A program made the position numbers and the translations under genes. Shown in pieces: positions 12,379 through 26,121 of a stretch of 64,000 bases of DNA. How positions within the stretch are numbered: the stretch's first letter is position 1; every line of letters begins with the position of its first letter. Under the pieces are notes generated by a model that made no database searches, was not told where the DNA came from, and saw nothing but the letters and a program-made list of their open reading frames with translations. Source of the stretch: Octopus sinensis (lineage: Eukaryota); the NCBI RefSeq assembly GCF_006345805.1, contig NC_043001.1, positions 93,868,001 through 93,932,000 on the forward strand, given 5' to 3'.

Positions 12379-13039
12379 AAAGGGCTTAGTAAAATAAATT
12401 ACTTTGCCGCATACTGAACTCATTAGAAATAGCAGCTAAAAACTTTTTTAAGGCTATTTCTAATACTTAAAGAAAATCTCTCTCATATATAGTGTTTGCT
12501 TAATTCAACTCACAAAAGTTTGGGGGTAAGGACATCGAAAAATCAAATGCTAAGGTTATTCGAGAACGTACGTTTCAAGATTAGTCTAAGATTAGTCTAA
12601 CCAAGGTGTATGTTGCACTGAGTGTCGGTATAAAATTCAGCTGATAATTGGAGATGTGCAAAGAATACATGCTTTGGCTTATAAATGCCTGTTAGTACGG
12701 CTATGATGCATGCGTATGTTTCAAGATTTGACTAATCTTGAAACGTACGTTCTCGAATAACCTTAGCATTTGATTTTTCGATGTCCTTACCCCCAAACTT
12801 TTTGTGAGTTGATTAAGCAAACACTATATATGAGAGAGATTTTCTTTAGTATTAGAATAGCCTTAAAAAAGTTTTTTAGCTGCTATTTCTAATGAGTTCA
12901 GTATGCGGCAAAGTAATTTATTTTACTAAGCCCTTTTATATAATGTAATAATTTGAATTCGCCTTGAATGGTCCCTTTGCATACTGAACACTTGGTGAAT
13001 TGATTAATAATTAATTAATTTTGCCCTCATTGTTGAAAT

Positions 13040-13040
<1 letters not shown>
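12371..13040 (+). mobile_element. Large (TA)n-embedded fold-back element with captured loop, Penelope-like remnant
   Basis: ~215-bp near-perfect arms 12371-12586 / 12730-12944, tail 12945-13040, GAAA-CGTACG-TT at 12740-12751. Confidence 0.75.
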
Positions 13041-13077
<37 letters not shown>

Positions 13078-13080
13078 TAT

Positions 13081-13335
13081 GGACTCACGGTCGAGGGATC
13101 GCGGGTTCGAATCTCAGACCGGGCGATGTGTGTGTTTATGAGCGAAACACCTAAGCTCCATGCGGCTGCAGCAGAACGTAATGGCGAACCTCTGCTGACT
13201 CTTTCGCCACAACTTTCTTTCACTCTTGCATCTTGCAGCTCACCTGCGTCGGACTGGCGTCCCGTCCATGTGGCAAACCTATACGCCAAGGAAACCGGGA
13301 AACCGGCCCTATGAGCCAGACATAGCTTGAAAAGG
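13081..13335 (+). mobile_element. SINE family A, missing A box
   Basis: B box gggttcgaatctc; body homologous to 3440-3739. Confidence 0.85.
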
Positions 13336-14074
13336 AAAAAAACAAACAAATATATGTATGCATGTAATTATGTATGTATGTATGTATAATTTTGTGTGTA
13401 TGTGTGTGCAAGAATGAGAGAGGTGGGGAGAAGGAAAATGAGCAGTATCCAGGAATAATAATGAGGAAAAATGTAAGGGAAACTTATGCATTTTGTCTTT
13501 AACAAACAGGGTATCGTAAATTTACTTAATATTTTTTCACTTTTACTTTCGTTCTCTCTGTCTGTTATAACATGCATACCCTACATACACACACACGCAC
13601 ACGCACAAATACGTGTGTGTATGTGTGTGTGTGTGTTTAAACGAAAGTAAATCCCCATTTCTGTTGACGACTGTTATGAAAATGAAAACATTCTTACGTC
13701 GAAAACATGAATAAAGAAAAGCAACTGTATAAAAATATGTAGATAGGTACATTGGTTGGTGTATTATTAGTGTTGGTGTTTATTAGGCTGGTTGCTTCGT
13801 TGGGTGGCAATTAGGATAAATAATGTGAATGCTGGTAGTATATCGTTTAGTTCTTGTTAATGTTTTGTAGAAAGCCGATCAGGTAGAAATGTCAAGAAAA
13901 TAAGTGAGCTGATAAGTAGTTAAGTAGCTGAGAAAACAATAAGAAACCAAGGTGTATGTTGCACTGAGTGTCGGTATAAAATTCAGCTGATAATTGGAGA
14001 TGTGCAAAGGAATACATGCTTTGGCTTATAAATGCCTGTTAGTACGGCTATGATGCATGCGTATGTTTGCGTGT

Positions 14075-14426
14075 GAGAGATAGATAGAAGTAGGTACATA
14101 GGTAGATAGATAGACTGAAAGATAGATAGATAGATATATATATAGATAGATAGATAGAGGGAAAGAGAGAAAGGGGTAGACAGGTAGACTGAAAGATGGA
14201 TAGATAGATGAATCGATGAATAGACGGATGGATGGGCTGACAGCTTGGTAGGAAGAGGTGAGCAGATTGGTGGGTAACTAGATAGCCAGACTGATAGATA
14301 ATTAGACATACAGGCAGCTAAATAGGTAGGTTGATTGATAGATGGATAGATAAATGGATTGATAGAAAGACAGAGAGAGAAAGAAAGAAAGAAATATAGG
14401 TGGATAGATAAACAGACAGCTGGATG

Positions 14427-14500
<74 letters not shown>

Positions 14501-14560
14501 AGATAGATAAACAGACAGACTGACAGACAGACAGATAAACAGATAGGTAGATAGATAGAA
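14075..14560. repeat. (GATA)n/(GACA)n-rich tract
   Basis: Direct reading. Confidence 0.9.
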
Positions 14561-14754
14561 AAGCTTGCAGCAAAGCAGTATGATACTTTCAAATGATGAG
14601 ATAGTATTTTAACATATCTTTGTGTTAATACGTGGGGAGAGAAGGTGATAGGTGAGACATACGAGAATGGTTATACACAGAAAGAAAAGAAGGTGAAGAC
14701 GATCTGTACTTGTCAGAACACGTAATTACAGAAAATACTTGCGCGCGTGTCTGC

Positions 14755-14792
<38 letters not shown>

Positions 14793-15599
14793 TATATGGA
14801 TGTATGGATGTATGCAGAATACACGATCATAAATGTGCTTAGTAATGTGTATATGCATTCTCTCATTCTCTTTCTCTCTCGCACCAACACGCACACATAC
14901 GCCCGCTAGTGGGACTGTGTATGTGTGTGCTTTTGTGTACTTGAGTGATATATTAATGTAGCAGAAAAATGGAATTATAACAAGAAAAAAATATTTTCTT
15001 AAATACTGAACAAATGTATCAGCATGTTAAAGAATATTATTGAAAAAAAAATAACATAATGAAGGAGAGAGGGAGGAGAAGGAACGAAGAAGACAGAGAG
15101 AGAGAGAGAGAGGCTGAAAGGAAAGATAAGTTGGGGGAGATAATAACGTCGCCAGCGCAAGGTGTTGTGTGGGTAATGAGGTGAATAATATCGCAATACT
15201 ATGAACAAATATGCGGCAGATTGTAACTTTATTCACAGCTGCAGTAACCGCACCTGTGCCAATCTGTTGCAATCCCAAGAGTGCATTTCCTGTACAAATA
15301 AGTTCACATTTCATATTTCCTACACACACACTCACACACGCCGCATACACACATGTATGTATAGTTTTATTGGGTGGTTATCTTTGATTTAATTCATTTT
15401 TAATCCTTCTCCTCTTCTCCTTTATCTGGCATCAACGTTATTCGTACTATTTGTTGTTCATTTTGTAGGTGACTTCAATTATAATGATTAAATCCACCAG
15501 AGCGAACTCTGTAAAATAGTAGCAATGCTTCGCGTTCTTTGATTCAAATTGATGGTAAATTCGATTTGATTTTCTGTTCAAGACATCAATGAAATATTA

Positions 15600-16295
15600 C
15601 TTTCTACTGGAGGCACAAGGCATGTTCATTTGAGTGAAGGTGTTAGTGGATTTTCATCAACCCCAGTGCTCCGTTGATACTTGTTTTAACGACCCCGATG
15701 AAAAAGGAAAAAAACAAAGTCGACGTCGGAGGCATATGGAGTCAGAACCTACAGTATTTTTCTTCTAAGTATTTTGTTCGTGCGGTAACGATTCTATCAT
15801 TACACCGCATTTCACTTTATTGAAATGTTGGTTTCAAATTTTGACAATTTCGGGAGTAGGCGTAAGATGAGTCTTACATCCAGTTTCGAGCGTAGGTGAT
15901 GCAATTCGATTCGATTATATCGACTTTCAGTTCTCAACTGATACTTATCTCATCGACTCCCGAAAGAATGAAAGGCAAAGTCAACGTCATCGAAATTTGA
16001 ATTCAGGAAGTAAAGACGGATGAAATGCCGCTAAGTATTTTTGCCTAGCATGCTATCAATTCTTATTTCTTTATTGCCCAAAGGGGCTAAACATAGAGGG
16101 AACAAACAAGGACAGACAAAGGGATTAAGTCGATTACATCGACCCCTGGGTATAACTGGTATTTTATTTATCGACCCCGAAAGGATGAAAGGCTAAGTCA
16201 ACCTCGGCGGAATTTGAACCCAGAATGTAACGGCAGACGAAATACCGTTAAACATTTCACCTGGCATGCAATCAATTCTGCCAGCTCGCAGGCCT
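15600..16295 (-). mobile_element. Cluster of three SINE family C copies, one nested
   Basis: Copies ~15600-15810, ~15830-16063 continuing 16264-16295, and a younger insert 16064-16263. Confidence 0.85.
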
Positions 16296-16384
16296 ACAAG
16301 AAAGAACTCTAAATTTTATAATCGTTAATTTTTGAAAATTCTATAATGTTGAATTTGTCATCGGTTATTTTCCTTTGGCCACAA

Positions 16385-16545
16385 GTTGGTTTCAAATTTA
16401 GCCCCACTACGCAGCAACTTGGGCACGTGTCCTGTATTATAGTGCTATAGGAAAATAAGCATCGGTGTCCATTCGTTCGACTAACCCCTTCAAGGCGGCA
16501 CCCCAGCATGACCGCAATACAATGATTGAAACAAATGTGAGTCAA
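16385..16545 (+). mobile_element. SINE family B, internally deleted and degraded
   Basis: aacttgggcacgtgtcc followed by the family B 3' end aaggcggcaccccagcatgaccgca...tgaaacaa. Confidence 0.65.
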
Positions 16546-17814
16546 TGATTTAGAAAACTATACAGGTGCATCAATCGACAACTACAACATCCCAGCTCTC
16601 CTGTACCTATATACAATTATCCATAACCTACTTGTATTTCACTTTTATACATAGAGGTCGTGATTCAAAGGTAAAATATACAAGCCAGTAATAACACACT
16701 AACGGACACATCACTAACATATAATTTTCAGTGAAAAGCATCGTAGCATAACTATTAAAAATATAAATGACAAAACAGCGATAGTTTACTTTTGGACAGA
16801 ACTGCTAGCTTAGATATAATGATAGCCAAATCTGTTCATAATCGCTGCTTAAGGGAATAACGACAACAAATAAATAAGAAAAACGAGGAAAATAATTAAA
16901 AAAAAACGGTTAAAAAATACACTTCTGAATAACAATAAATAAAGATATATTCTAGGCGTTCATTTTATGAAAGCGGACACTGGCCGAATTGTTACAGCAT
17001 TGGCCAACCATTAAACGGCGCAATATTTTCTAACATACACTTATCTCTCAATGACCTCTGACGCGTAGTTCTCTAGTGTATCTCACCGGTTTATTTAGAA
17101 ATATTTTACTTCATACGTTCTATAAAGATTTTTACTTTATTTTATACTTTATATACATGATAATATCTGACGGCTATGGATGGAGTAGGAGATAACCCAA
17201 CGATGTATTTGATAATATCAAAATTTCAGTGTGTCTATGATGTGGGTGTCGGGCGTTAGAGTACCATTTATCAATATGACTGCGATGGGATAATTATTTA
17301 TAAAACTCTAGTGTTGATCATAGCTATAAACATCTTATTTACAAATCTATCTTTCCTTTTTCTATTGCTAATAAAAATGACAACTGTTATATATTTACTG
17401 GCGAGACATGAAGAAATTTCACGGTTCATAGGTCATATTATTTTTGTTTTCCTATTATATTGCATAAATTTATAATACTCCATAATGTTCTTTCATAAAG
17501 ATAAATATCTCGATTATAGTCTTGATTTGATTCCATAATGAAAATTATTGAAAGCAGAACGTTCGAATATCTTTTATATATTAAAAATTTATATAATGAT
17601 TTCAATTAACTTCCATGGTAAATATTGTTGAACCCGCAAAACTCCAAAACGTCGTGAATGCATTATAAAAAGCGTATTTTCCGACATATAAGTCGACATA
17701 ATATAATTTTGTAACCACGTAGTGCAAACATTCAAATATCGTCACTATCTTTCTAAATATTCCTGCCTTTCAAGTGGAATTTTTGTTTTTCAAAATCATC
17801 TTGAAGTATAAATC

Positions 17815-18026
17815 CTTTCTCCTCAAGGAACAAGACCTCAAATTTTGGAGAGGGAACTGGAGGATTATATCGATCACAGTGTTTCACTGATACTTAATTT
17901 ATCGACCTCGAAAGGATGAAAGGAAAAGTCAACGTCGGTGGCATTTGAACTCAGAACGTAAAGACAGACGAAATGCTGCTAAGCATTTTGTCCCGAATCC
18001 TATCGATTATGCCAGCTCGCCGCCTT
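17815..18026 (-). mobile_element. SINE family C
   Basis: Family C body and head (gccagctcgccgcctt on plus strand). Confidence 0.88.
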
Positions 18027-18570
18027 TTCTTGGTGTATAAATCAACCTACGATTTTGGCAGTAAATTTTGGTCTGACAAATTCGAATGGTATGTCGTAAA
18101 AAAATGATTATCGGATAGACTAATATTATATTAAACAACAACATAACACCTCTGTAATAATCTTTATTCATCAGAAAAAAATATATTTCTTAACAACGTC
18201 ACATACTCTGAGACATTCAAACCATGTCAGTTTATTGCATCTAATATACTCCGAATTTCCATCAGTAACATGTATATGTGTATTAGAATCTTGAGATGAA
18301 AATTCATGTTCGGAATTGAAAGAAATTCTGCAAAATGCTTCAAAGATGCATCAGCCATGTTTATTTACTAACGGTTCACATAGTGAGAATAGCAAGATGT
18401 ATGTTTCTAATGATTAAATTGTGTGGGGACTTAGAGTTTAGCAGCAAATGTTGCTGTCTTTTGAGGATTGAAAAACCAAAACGTAGAGCAAGATGACTTC
18501 TATACGAACACGCACACACACACACACACGGATACACAAGGTTCATTCATACACATTGACAACTATACAT

Positions 18571-18613
18571 ATACGTCTTGCTCTCTTTCCCTCTATCACT
18601 TGCTTACTTCTGA

Positions 18614-18655
<42 letters not shown>

Positions 18656-18863
18656 GTTTTTTAAAATCATCTTGAAGTATAAATCCTTTCTCCTCAAGGA
18701 ACAAGACCTCAAATTTTGGGGAGGAAACTGGTCGATTATATATCACAGTATTTCACCGATATTTAATTTATCGACCTCGAAAGGATGAAAGGAAAAGTCA
18801 ACGTCGGTGGCATTTGAACTCAGAACGTAAGACAGACGAAATGCTGCTAAGCATGAAAGGCAG

Positions 18864-18916
<53 letters not shown>

Positions 18917-18968
18917 ATATACGTCTTGCTCTCTTTCCCTCTATCACTTGCTTACTTCTGAAGATATA
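18571..18968. repeat. Local templated duplication inside a TA tract
   Basis: 18656-18854 copies 17785-17986; 18854-18869 is the reverse complement of 17757-17772; 50-bp direct repeat 18571-18620 / 18919-18968. Confidence 0.85.
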
Positions 18969-19297
18969 GATATATATATATATATGTGTGTGTGTGTATG
19001 TGTGTGTGTCTTAGTGTGTGTGTGCATGCGTGTGTGTGTTAATTTGTTGTTGGTTTCAGTCTATTCAAGCCAAAGGCTATGACCACACCGGTTCTAAACA
19101 TTTCATTAACCATCTCCCGGTGTTTGACATTTGTAGTCTTCTGAAAATTGGTGAGTGCAACACAAACTAATGGTAAATGAAGTCTTCAAATTACAATACA
19201 GAGTATCAGTATTGAGTGCTCTGTTTCGTTATTGACCATGCAATTCATTTATACCAAACTATACTCTCACATACATTAACACATAGGTCTATATATA

Positions 19298-20356
19298 CTA
19301 GCTGGCCCCCGTCCTTCGAAAATAAAGGCTAATTGTAGTACTTTATATATAAATGTGGATGATAAATCAAATTAATGCACTTGTCAATTCACATACTTCC
19401 CTTATACACACACGCATATACACACATATACTCACACAGAGTTGAAACGCTGTTTGATTTTTCTTTTCAGCATTGAATTTTCACAATCCCACCTGTTTGC
19501 CTTCACCCCTTCCTTCCTCATTCATATGTTGTGACAGAGAAAAGCACAAGAGTATTAGGATCTTTTCTAAAAGATGGACACGATTACCTGTGTGTGTGTT
19601 TTTGTTGTGTATGTTTGTGTGTGTGTGGTATTGTTGTGTATGTGTGTGTGTTTGTTGTGTGTGTGTGTGTTATTGTTGTGTATGTGTGTGCGTGTGTGTG
19701 TTTTTGTTGTGTATGTGTGTGTGTGTGTGTCTTTTTGTTGTGTATGTGTGCCTGTGTCGTGTATCTCTTAAATCGATGAATTTCGTCGCCCAATAAAAAT
19801 ATTAACGATATTTTTTGAACTTTGATATCGTTAATATTTTTATTGGGCGACGAAATTCATCGATTTAAGAGATACACAACACACGCACACATACACAACA
19901 AAAAAAACACACACACATACACAACAATAACACACACACATACACAACAAAAATACACACACACATACACAACAATAACACACACACACACAACAAACAC
20001 ACACACGCACACACATACAGAACAATACCACACACACACACAGGTAATCGTTCCGTAAGTCAGGGATGACATTGCAATAAACATGCAAGAAGCCTTTGAA
20101 GACAGAAAACAGAAGACAGTGATAAGGATGAATAACACGGCAGAAATGAATTGAGCTCAAAACAGAGAATACGATTGGTTAAAATTCGAAGAATTAAACT
20201 ACGTAAAAGTTACAAAATACATTTTTCTCAAAAAAACTAATTGAAATTAATGTTTTCTTTTGCCACATTCTACCAGTATACGAAGTTTCAAATTATTTAG
20301 TTAAGTAGAAAATTTTGTCTATCTTTTAGAAAAGATCCGAGTATTATTATAGTAGA
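19298..20356 (-). mobile_element. Non-autonomous Helitron-like element containing a long palindrome
   Basis: Minus strand begins A|TCTACTATAATAA and ends cgaaggacgggggccagCTAG|T; no TSD. Confidence 0.65.
19580..20051. repeat. ~470-bp imperfect palindrome
   Basis: Arms 19580-19811 / 19825-20051 with 13-nt spacer; inner ~55 bp perfect, outer part a TG/CA minisatellite closed by acgattacctg/caggtaatcgt. Confidence 0.92.
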
Positions 20357-22015
20357 TGAAGGCACACACACATGCAAGCATACACTCACAAACATACGCA
20401 CACAAGCGAACACATTGAAACATACACACACTTATAAACATACACACACACAAATACAACTATATACACACATAGAAACAAATAAACACGCACAAACATA
20501 TACACACAAAAACATACAAACATATACACACACAAACATATGCATAGATATACACACATACACACACAAACATACACAAACATACAACCATAAGCGCGCA
20601 TAAACATACATACATGCACATACACACCTTGAAACATACATTCACAAACATACACACACATACACAAACACATACCAACATATACAAGCGCACAAAGACA
20701 CACACACAAGCACACAAATACCAACATACACACACAGACACTGAAAAAAATATTCACACACACACGTACGCACACACACACACACTCACACATATCTCGG
20801 TTTGATGATTCAGCATATTTCTGATAAAACGTCCCTGTATAGATTTCAATGTATATTTAATCATCATTACTCTACACAACGCCCAAGCTGCAGCACCATG
20901 AGAATCCTAACATCAGAGTCATCAAAATCCCTTCTCCTGTCTCTTAAGTAAAACGAAACGACCGAAATACAAATAATTTATTAGGAGTCTCATGAACATT
21001 ATTGTATTTAATATCAGTCTGAGTGTTATAATACCGACATTCATATTAGCCTCTTCCTCCCACCCCCATTTTCCCTCTTTAACATCACTACCGCAAATGC
21101 CACCACCACCACCGCTATCACCACCACGACCACGACCACGAGCATCATCATTATCATTATTATCATCATGAAGCCGCCTGCTTCTTTCACTATCAGCATC
21201 CAGATTGCAACCGTCTCGGTTTTCATCGTCATTAACATCACGATCGTCTTTTTGACTTCCTCCTCCTCCTCCTCGTTTGCAATCATCGTCAGCGTCTTAA
21301 TCACCATCAGTCTAGTGAATCCCCCGTTCCTCCCAACACACACACACACACACAGATACTCCACACCACACCACACTGCTGCACCCTCAACGTTTTACAC
21401 TACCTCCACATTCACCTACTCAAATACCATCAACATCAACCCACCACCACCACCACCACCACAGATACCACCTCCACTATCACCGCCACCGGTATAACCA
21501 CTACCAACGAATTGAACTTTCAAAAACACCAGTAGTTGGCAGTCAACTGTTTCCTGCTAGCTGTCAAGAACACACATATTTCTCGGTTTCTTCAATGCAG
21601 CCTAATGGATCCATACTAAAGCACGAAATGACATATATACCAACACACAAAAGGCAACAGGCTTTCATACACCATTCAGTTTATAACATCAACTCTTGCA
21701 CTACTCAAACATGCACATACACACGTAGAAATATACATACATGCATATATACACACATGTATACAAATACATATATACATGCAGGCATTCATATGTGTGG
21801 GTATGTGTGTGTGTGTGTGTGTATAAAGTAAGCTTTTAGTGAGAAATGAATTAAAACATGCGTTATGCACTCAAACGCGCCATGTATTACAACGTGTTTT
21901 CATTCATTCGTCATAAATATAATGAAGTGTGATGCCCAGGTGCACAGATATTGCAGTGCACATATATACATATATATATATGTGTGTATATATAAGTATA
22001 TACATATATATATAT

Positions 22016-22068
<53 letters not shown>

Positions 22069-22185
22069 CATATATATATATATGTGCGTGTGTGTGTGTG
22101 AGTGCGTAAATTTCTATATTATATACATATATACATATATATATATTATATATATATATAATATAATAATAATAATAATAATAAT

Positions 22186-22257
22186 AATATTAGGGAGTAT
22201 ATCCAAACTTACAGGGAAAAATTAGATTTATGATTAAATCAAATTTCACAGTATAAA

Positions 22258-22265
<8 letters not shown>
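22186..22265. mobile_element. Fragment of the same family as 8451-8605
   Basis: Reverse-complement match; lies between (TAA)n and (TA)n. Confidence 0.7.
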
Positions 22266-22319
<54 letters not shown>

Positions 22320-22332
22320 TATATATATATCT

Positions 22333-22660
22333 GAAAGCACGTGGCTTAGCGGTTAGGGTATTCGGTTCACGATCGTAAGGGCTTGGGTTCAGTTGGGTTC
22401 AGTTCCCGGCAACGCGTTATGTCCTTGAGCAAAGCACTTTATTTCGCGTTGCTCCAAGCCACTTACCTAGCAAAAATGAGTAGTAACTGTATTTTAAAGG
22501 GCCAGTCATGTTACATTCTGTGTCGTGGTGACTCTTCCTGAGAACTACATTAAAATATAGACGTGTGTGGAGTGCTCAGTTTAATTTCACGTACAAACTG
22601 TTTCATTGATCGGATTTACTGTACTGGAACGCACGTCGTTGTAACCGACGGAGCGCCAGT
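22333..22660 (+). mobile_element. tRNA-derived CORE-like SINE: family E head with a different tail
   Basis: gtggcttagcggttagg...cacgatcgtaagg...ccttgagcaaagcactttatttcgcgttgctcca shared with 7982-8317; 3' half differs. Confidence 0.82.
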
Positions 22661-22712
22661 TATTTACGGTTTTACGTGCATGTGCATACACCTCCACATA
22701 TATATACATACA

Positions 22713-22748
<36 letters not shown>

Positions 22749-23994
22749 CATATATACATACATATATACCTACATATATATATATATATATTACATTGCA
22801 TGTTACCGCACAGGAATTATTGACCAGCAATCGTGAATGAATCTGATTTGACCAGGGTGTTTCTTACTGCACAAAATGGTTCTGGCATTCCAATATGAAG
22901 AAGGCAGCTGTAGGAAGAGGGAAAAACGCACATTCCAGGTTTACTTCCTCGAAATGTGTTATTAGTAAGCCTGAATATTTGAATGCACGCAAGCAGCAAG
23001 AATAAGAGCGAGAGAGAGAGAGACCGAGAGAGAGAGAGACCGAGAGAGAGAGAGAGAGACCGAGAGGGAGCAGAAAATTGCAAACAAAATGGAGTAGCTT
23101 TCTTAATGAAAGTCCGTGTTCCATACTTCAAAATCTCTGGGTTTCCATGCGAATGGAAACAAAGATGGTGCGTTTTGTTTGTCCCTTGACTTGAATTGAT
23201 AGGAATCTTTTCGGATCTGTTTTTCGTAGAATTCGTGGTGATACCTGTATATCATCTTTCCTACTATATGGATGTGTTATATATAATATTAGTCATAACT
23301 AGCTTCACTAAGAAATTTGGGAGATTTCTGAAATTTTAATTTATTTGTTTCCAGTAAGTGTTTCCAGTTAAGTTGTCTGATGTGCGAATGATGTTATCCA
23401 GACAGGAATGCCTGACCTTTATATTGAGGCATTTAATAGCTTGTTATATTGTTGTACAGGGGAAAGATTTTGATGTTACTAAAACCAGAAAGTACTGATA
23501 ATTGCAGTCATAATGATGTGCGTATTGAATTCTGATAAATTTCTCTTCTTTCATCTGCTGTGATAAGGTAACGAGTTTTTATCTTACGTCCTGCATTCTC
23601 GATAAATTCTCTTCTACTGATTACGAATATATAATCGTGTCTCTGTCTGAAGAGAAATTAAACATCACTCATATTTATGAAGAGACAGCTATAATGCGAT
23701 ATTTTCCGGACAACTACGTTATAGAGTTTGTGGGCACATGGAAGTTGTCCAAGAAAAATTGTCTGCGATGATGATAACTAAATTTTCATTATCTACGATT
23801 AGATAGCGTCATTGACTAACTTAATGACTGTAGCATATGAAACTAGGCTTTGCCTTAATTTCCGTGTTCATGCAGCAAGTCTTTCATTTGTTTGAGGCAA
23901 TAAATAAACGTTCACACCCACAGACAAGCACACATACATACATGGATATACATATTCATGTGTGTGTATATATATATATATATATAATATATAT

Positions 23995-24038
<44 letters not shown>

Positions 24039-24120
24039 ATTAGAAAATGGAGGGGATCAATAGGTGGCTCATCAACTTTTAGACATTATATTATGTTCAC
24101 GACCTCTAACTTTTTTGCAG

Positions 24121-24201
<81 letters not shown>

Positions 24202-24479
24202 TATACACACATACATATGTGTGTGGGTGTGAGTGTATTTGCATACACACAAACCACACACACGAATCCTGTAACTTCTCAGAGTATGTCAGGAGTTGAT
24301 ATAATACTGATGAGTTTAATGCAGACTGATTTAATACAGATGTATGATTCCAAATGCATTGAGAGGCCAGTGTTAGAAGCAGAAACCGTGCCCGCTTTAC
24401 ATCATTAATTATTGTACATACAATTTCGTATGCCAAAACACCACAAAACACCAGCTAATTCGAGCTCGCAACTTAATAT

Positions 24480-24690
24480 TTAAACCCTGCTAGATAACAT
24501 GAGGTATTATGTTTGCTAACTAAAGTAAGTTCTCTGTAATATGATATAGTTTTACACAGTGAAGAATCATTGGCCAATGCTATGCAAATCATAAAGAAAA
24601 ACAAAATCAAAAAAGGGTTGTCATGGGTGGAACGCTTTTGATGATATGGCTACTGAAGTATAACTAACATTGATATAAACAAAAACAGCA
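24480..24690 (+). mobile_element. Repeat family D, degraded
   Basis: cctgctaga...gggttgtcatgggtggaacgcttttgat...taaacaaaaacagc resembles other family D copies. Confidence 0.45.
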
Positions 24691-26052
24691 AAAACAGCCA
24701 CTCAGTCGCCTAGCATGTATTTATTTGACGCCATACATTTCTATACATAATGTATCTGAGGCCAAAAATATGTTCGTGTGTATATATGCGCGTGAGCGCG
24801 TTTGATTTTCTTTATATATATTTGTGTGTGTACGTGTGTATGTGTGTTTGTGGGCGTGTGTTTGTTGTAGCCTACGCTTAAATAGGTGTTTGCGTTCTTT
24901 TGATTGTGTGCAAAGTATAGGTATGGATCAACGCGCCTTTTCATATAATAGAAAACACCTACTGAGTTCCATTATTTTCTCCTTTCACATTTCCTTTCAT
25001 ATAAACACGCTAATATTAGCACGTACTCATATGTAGATGCCTGCATACATTCACCGATACATGCATACATGCAAAAATGCACACACGTATGCATGCATAC
25101 ATAACAATTACACGCTGATGTATGCAAACGTACAAGTACACAGACATGCAAGCTGCACTACAAAAGATAGATTAAACGATAGATGCGGCAGTATTTCTCT
25201 ACAATATATTTATAAATTATACACCATATAAAAGGTTATAGAGCAAGTTGATCATAGCCGTTGTGGCTCTGCACGAACGGAAGCAGTAGCGTCGATGGAC
25301 GTTAGAATTATTTACAATGAATTCTATCGTGGCAGGAGTGTGGCGAGAAATTTTATATGTAAATTCAACTGCTTTGGGAACTCTTTGTTTTTATGGGAAT
25401 GTCTCGGATATCTCATTGGGAATTGGGAATTAATATTTTTATTTTTACATTGTATTATATTACACATCATATGATCGTTATCTGCATGCTATTAATTTAG
25501 ATTTTATCTCAGCAACTTCATAAAGTTTATTTGTGGAAATACGAAAGCTTGCAAAATATTTTATCATTTATGTTTACATCATGGCAATTCCTGGCCTTCT
25601 GTTTAGTTTTCCAGCCATAAAGGAATAGGTCAACGCTCTACCAGAATGTTATATTTTGGATATCAGATTATTCTACGTTTTGTTGCCAAAATTTCCATAA
25701 TATTCGCTCCTTTATCGATGCGTCAACACTTATAGAATTTGTCGTCATCAGCTAAATATTTTTACATCAAAGATTTGTCAAGATTTTTATAGCTTTCCCT
25801 CCACTTATATATGTATTTTTATTATTAGTTACAATTGTGGCTAACATTGAAGATTTGTTAAATATATTGTAATTTTTCTTAATTAAATGTTACTTTCCGT
25901 AAGACTCACACACTGCTTTTCCATTGATGTATCGGGAATTGTCGACAACAGCAGACTTCCAATTTCCCTCAAAGTTCCAGTTGGAGAGTGGATAGCAAGG
26001 AGTCCGTATTCATTGCTGCTTTGCTAATACACTGACTTTCTAACCTTTCAGG

Positions 26053-26121
<69 letters not shown>

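Noticed and set aside
24305-24345. CTGATGA followed by a small stem
   Set aside because: No GAAA box or stems I/III; not a hammerhead
26030-26056. Plus-strand branch point/acceptor ctaacctttcag
   Set aside because: Followed at once by (GT)n; no exon can be built
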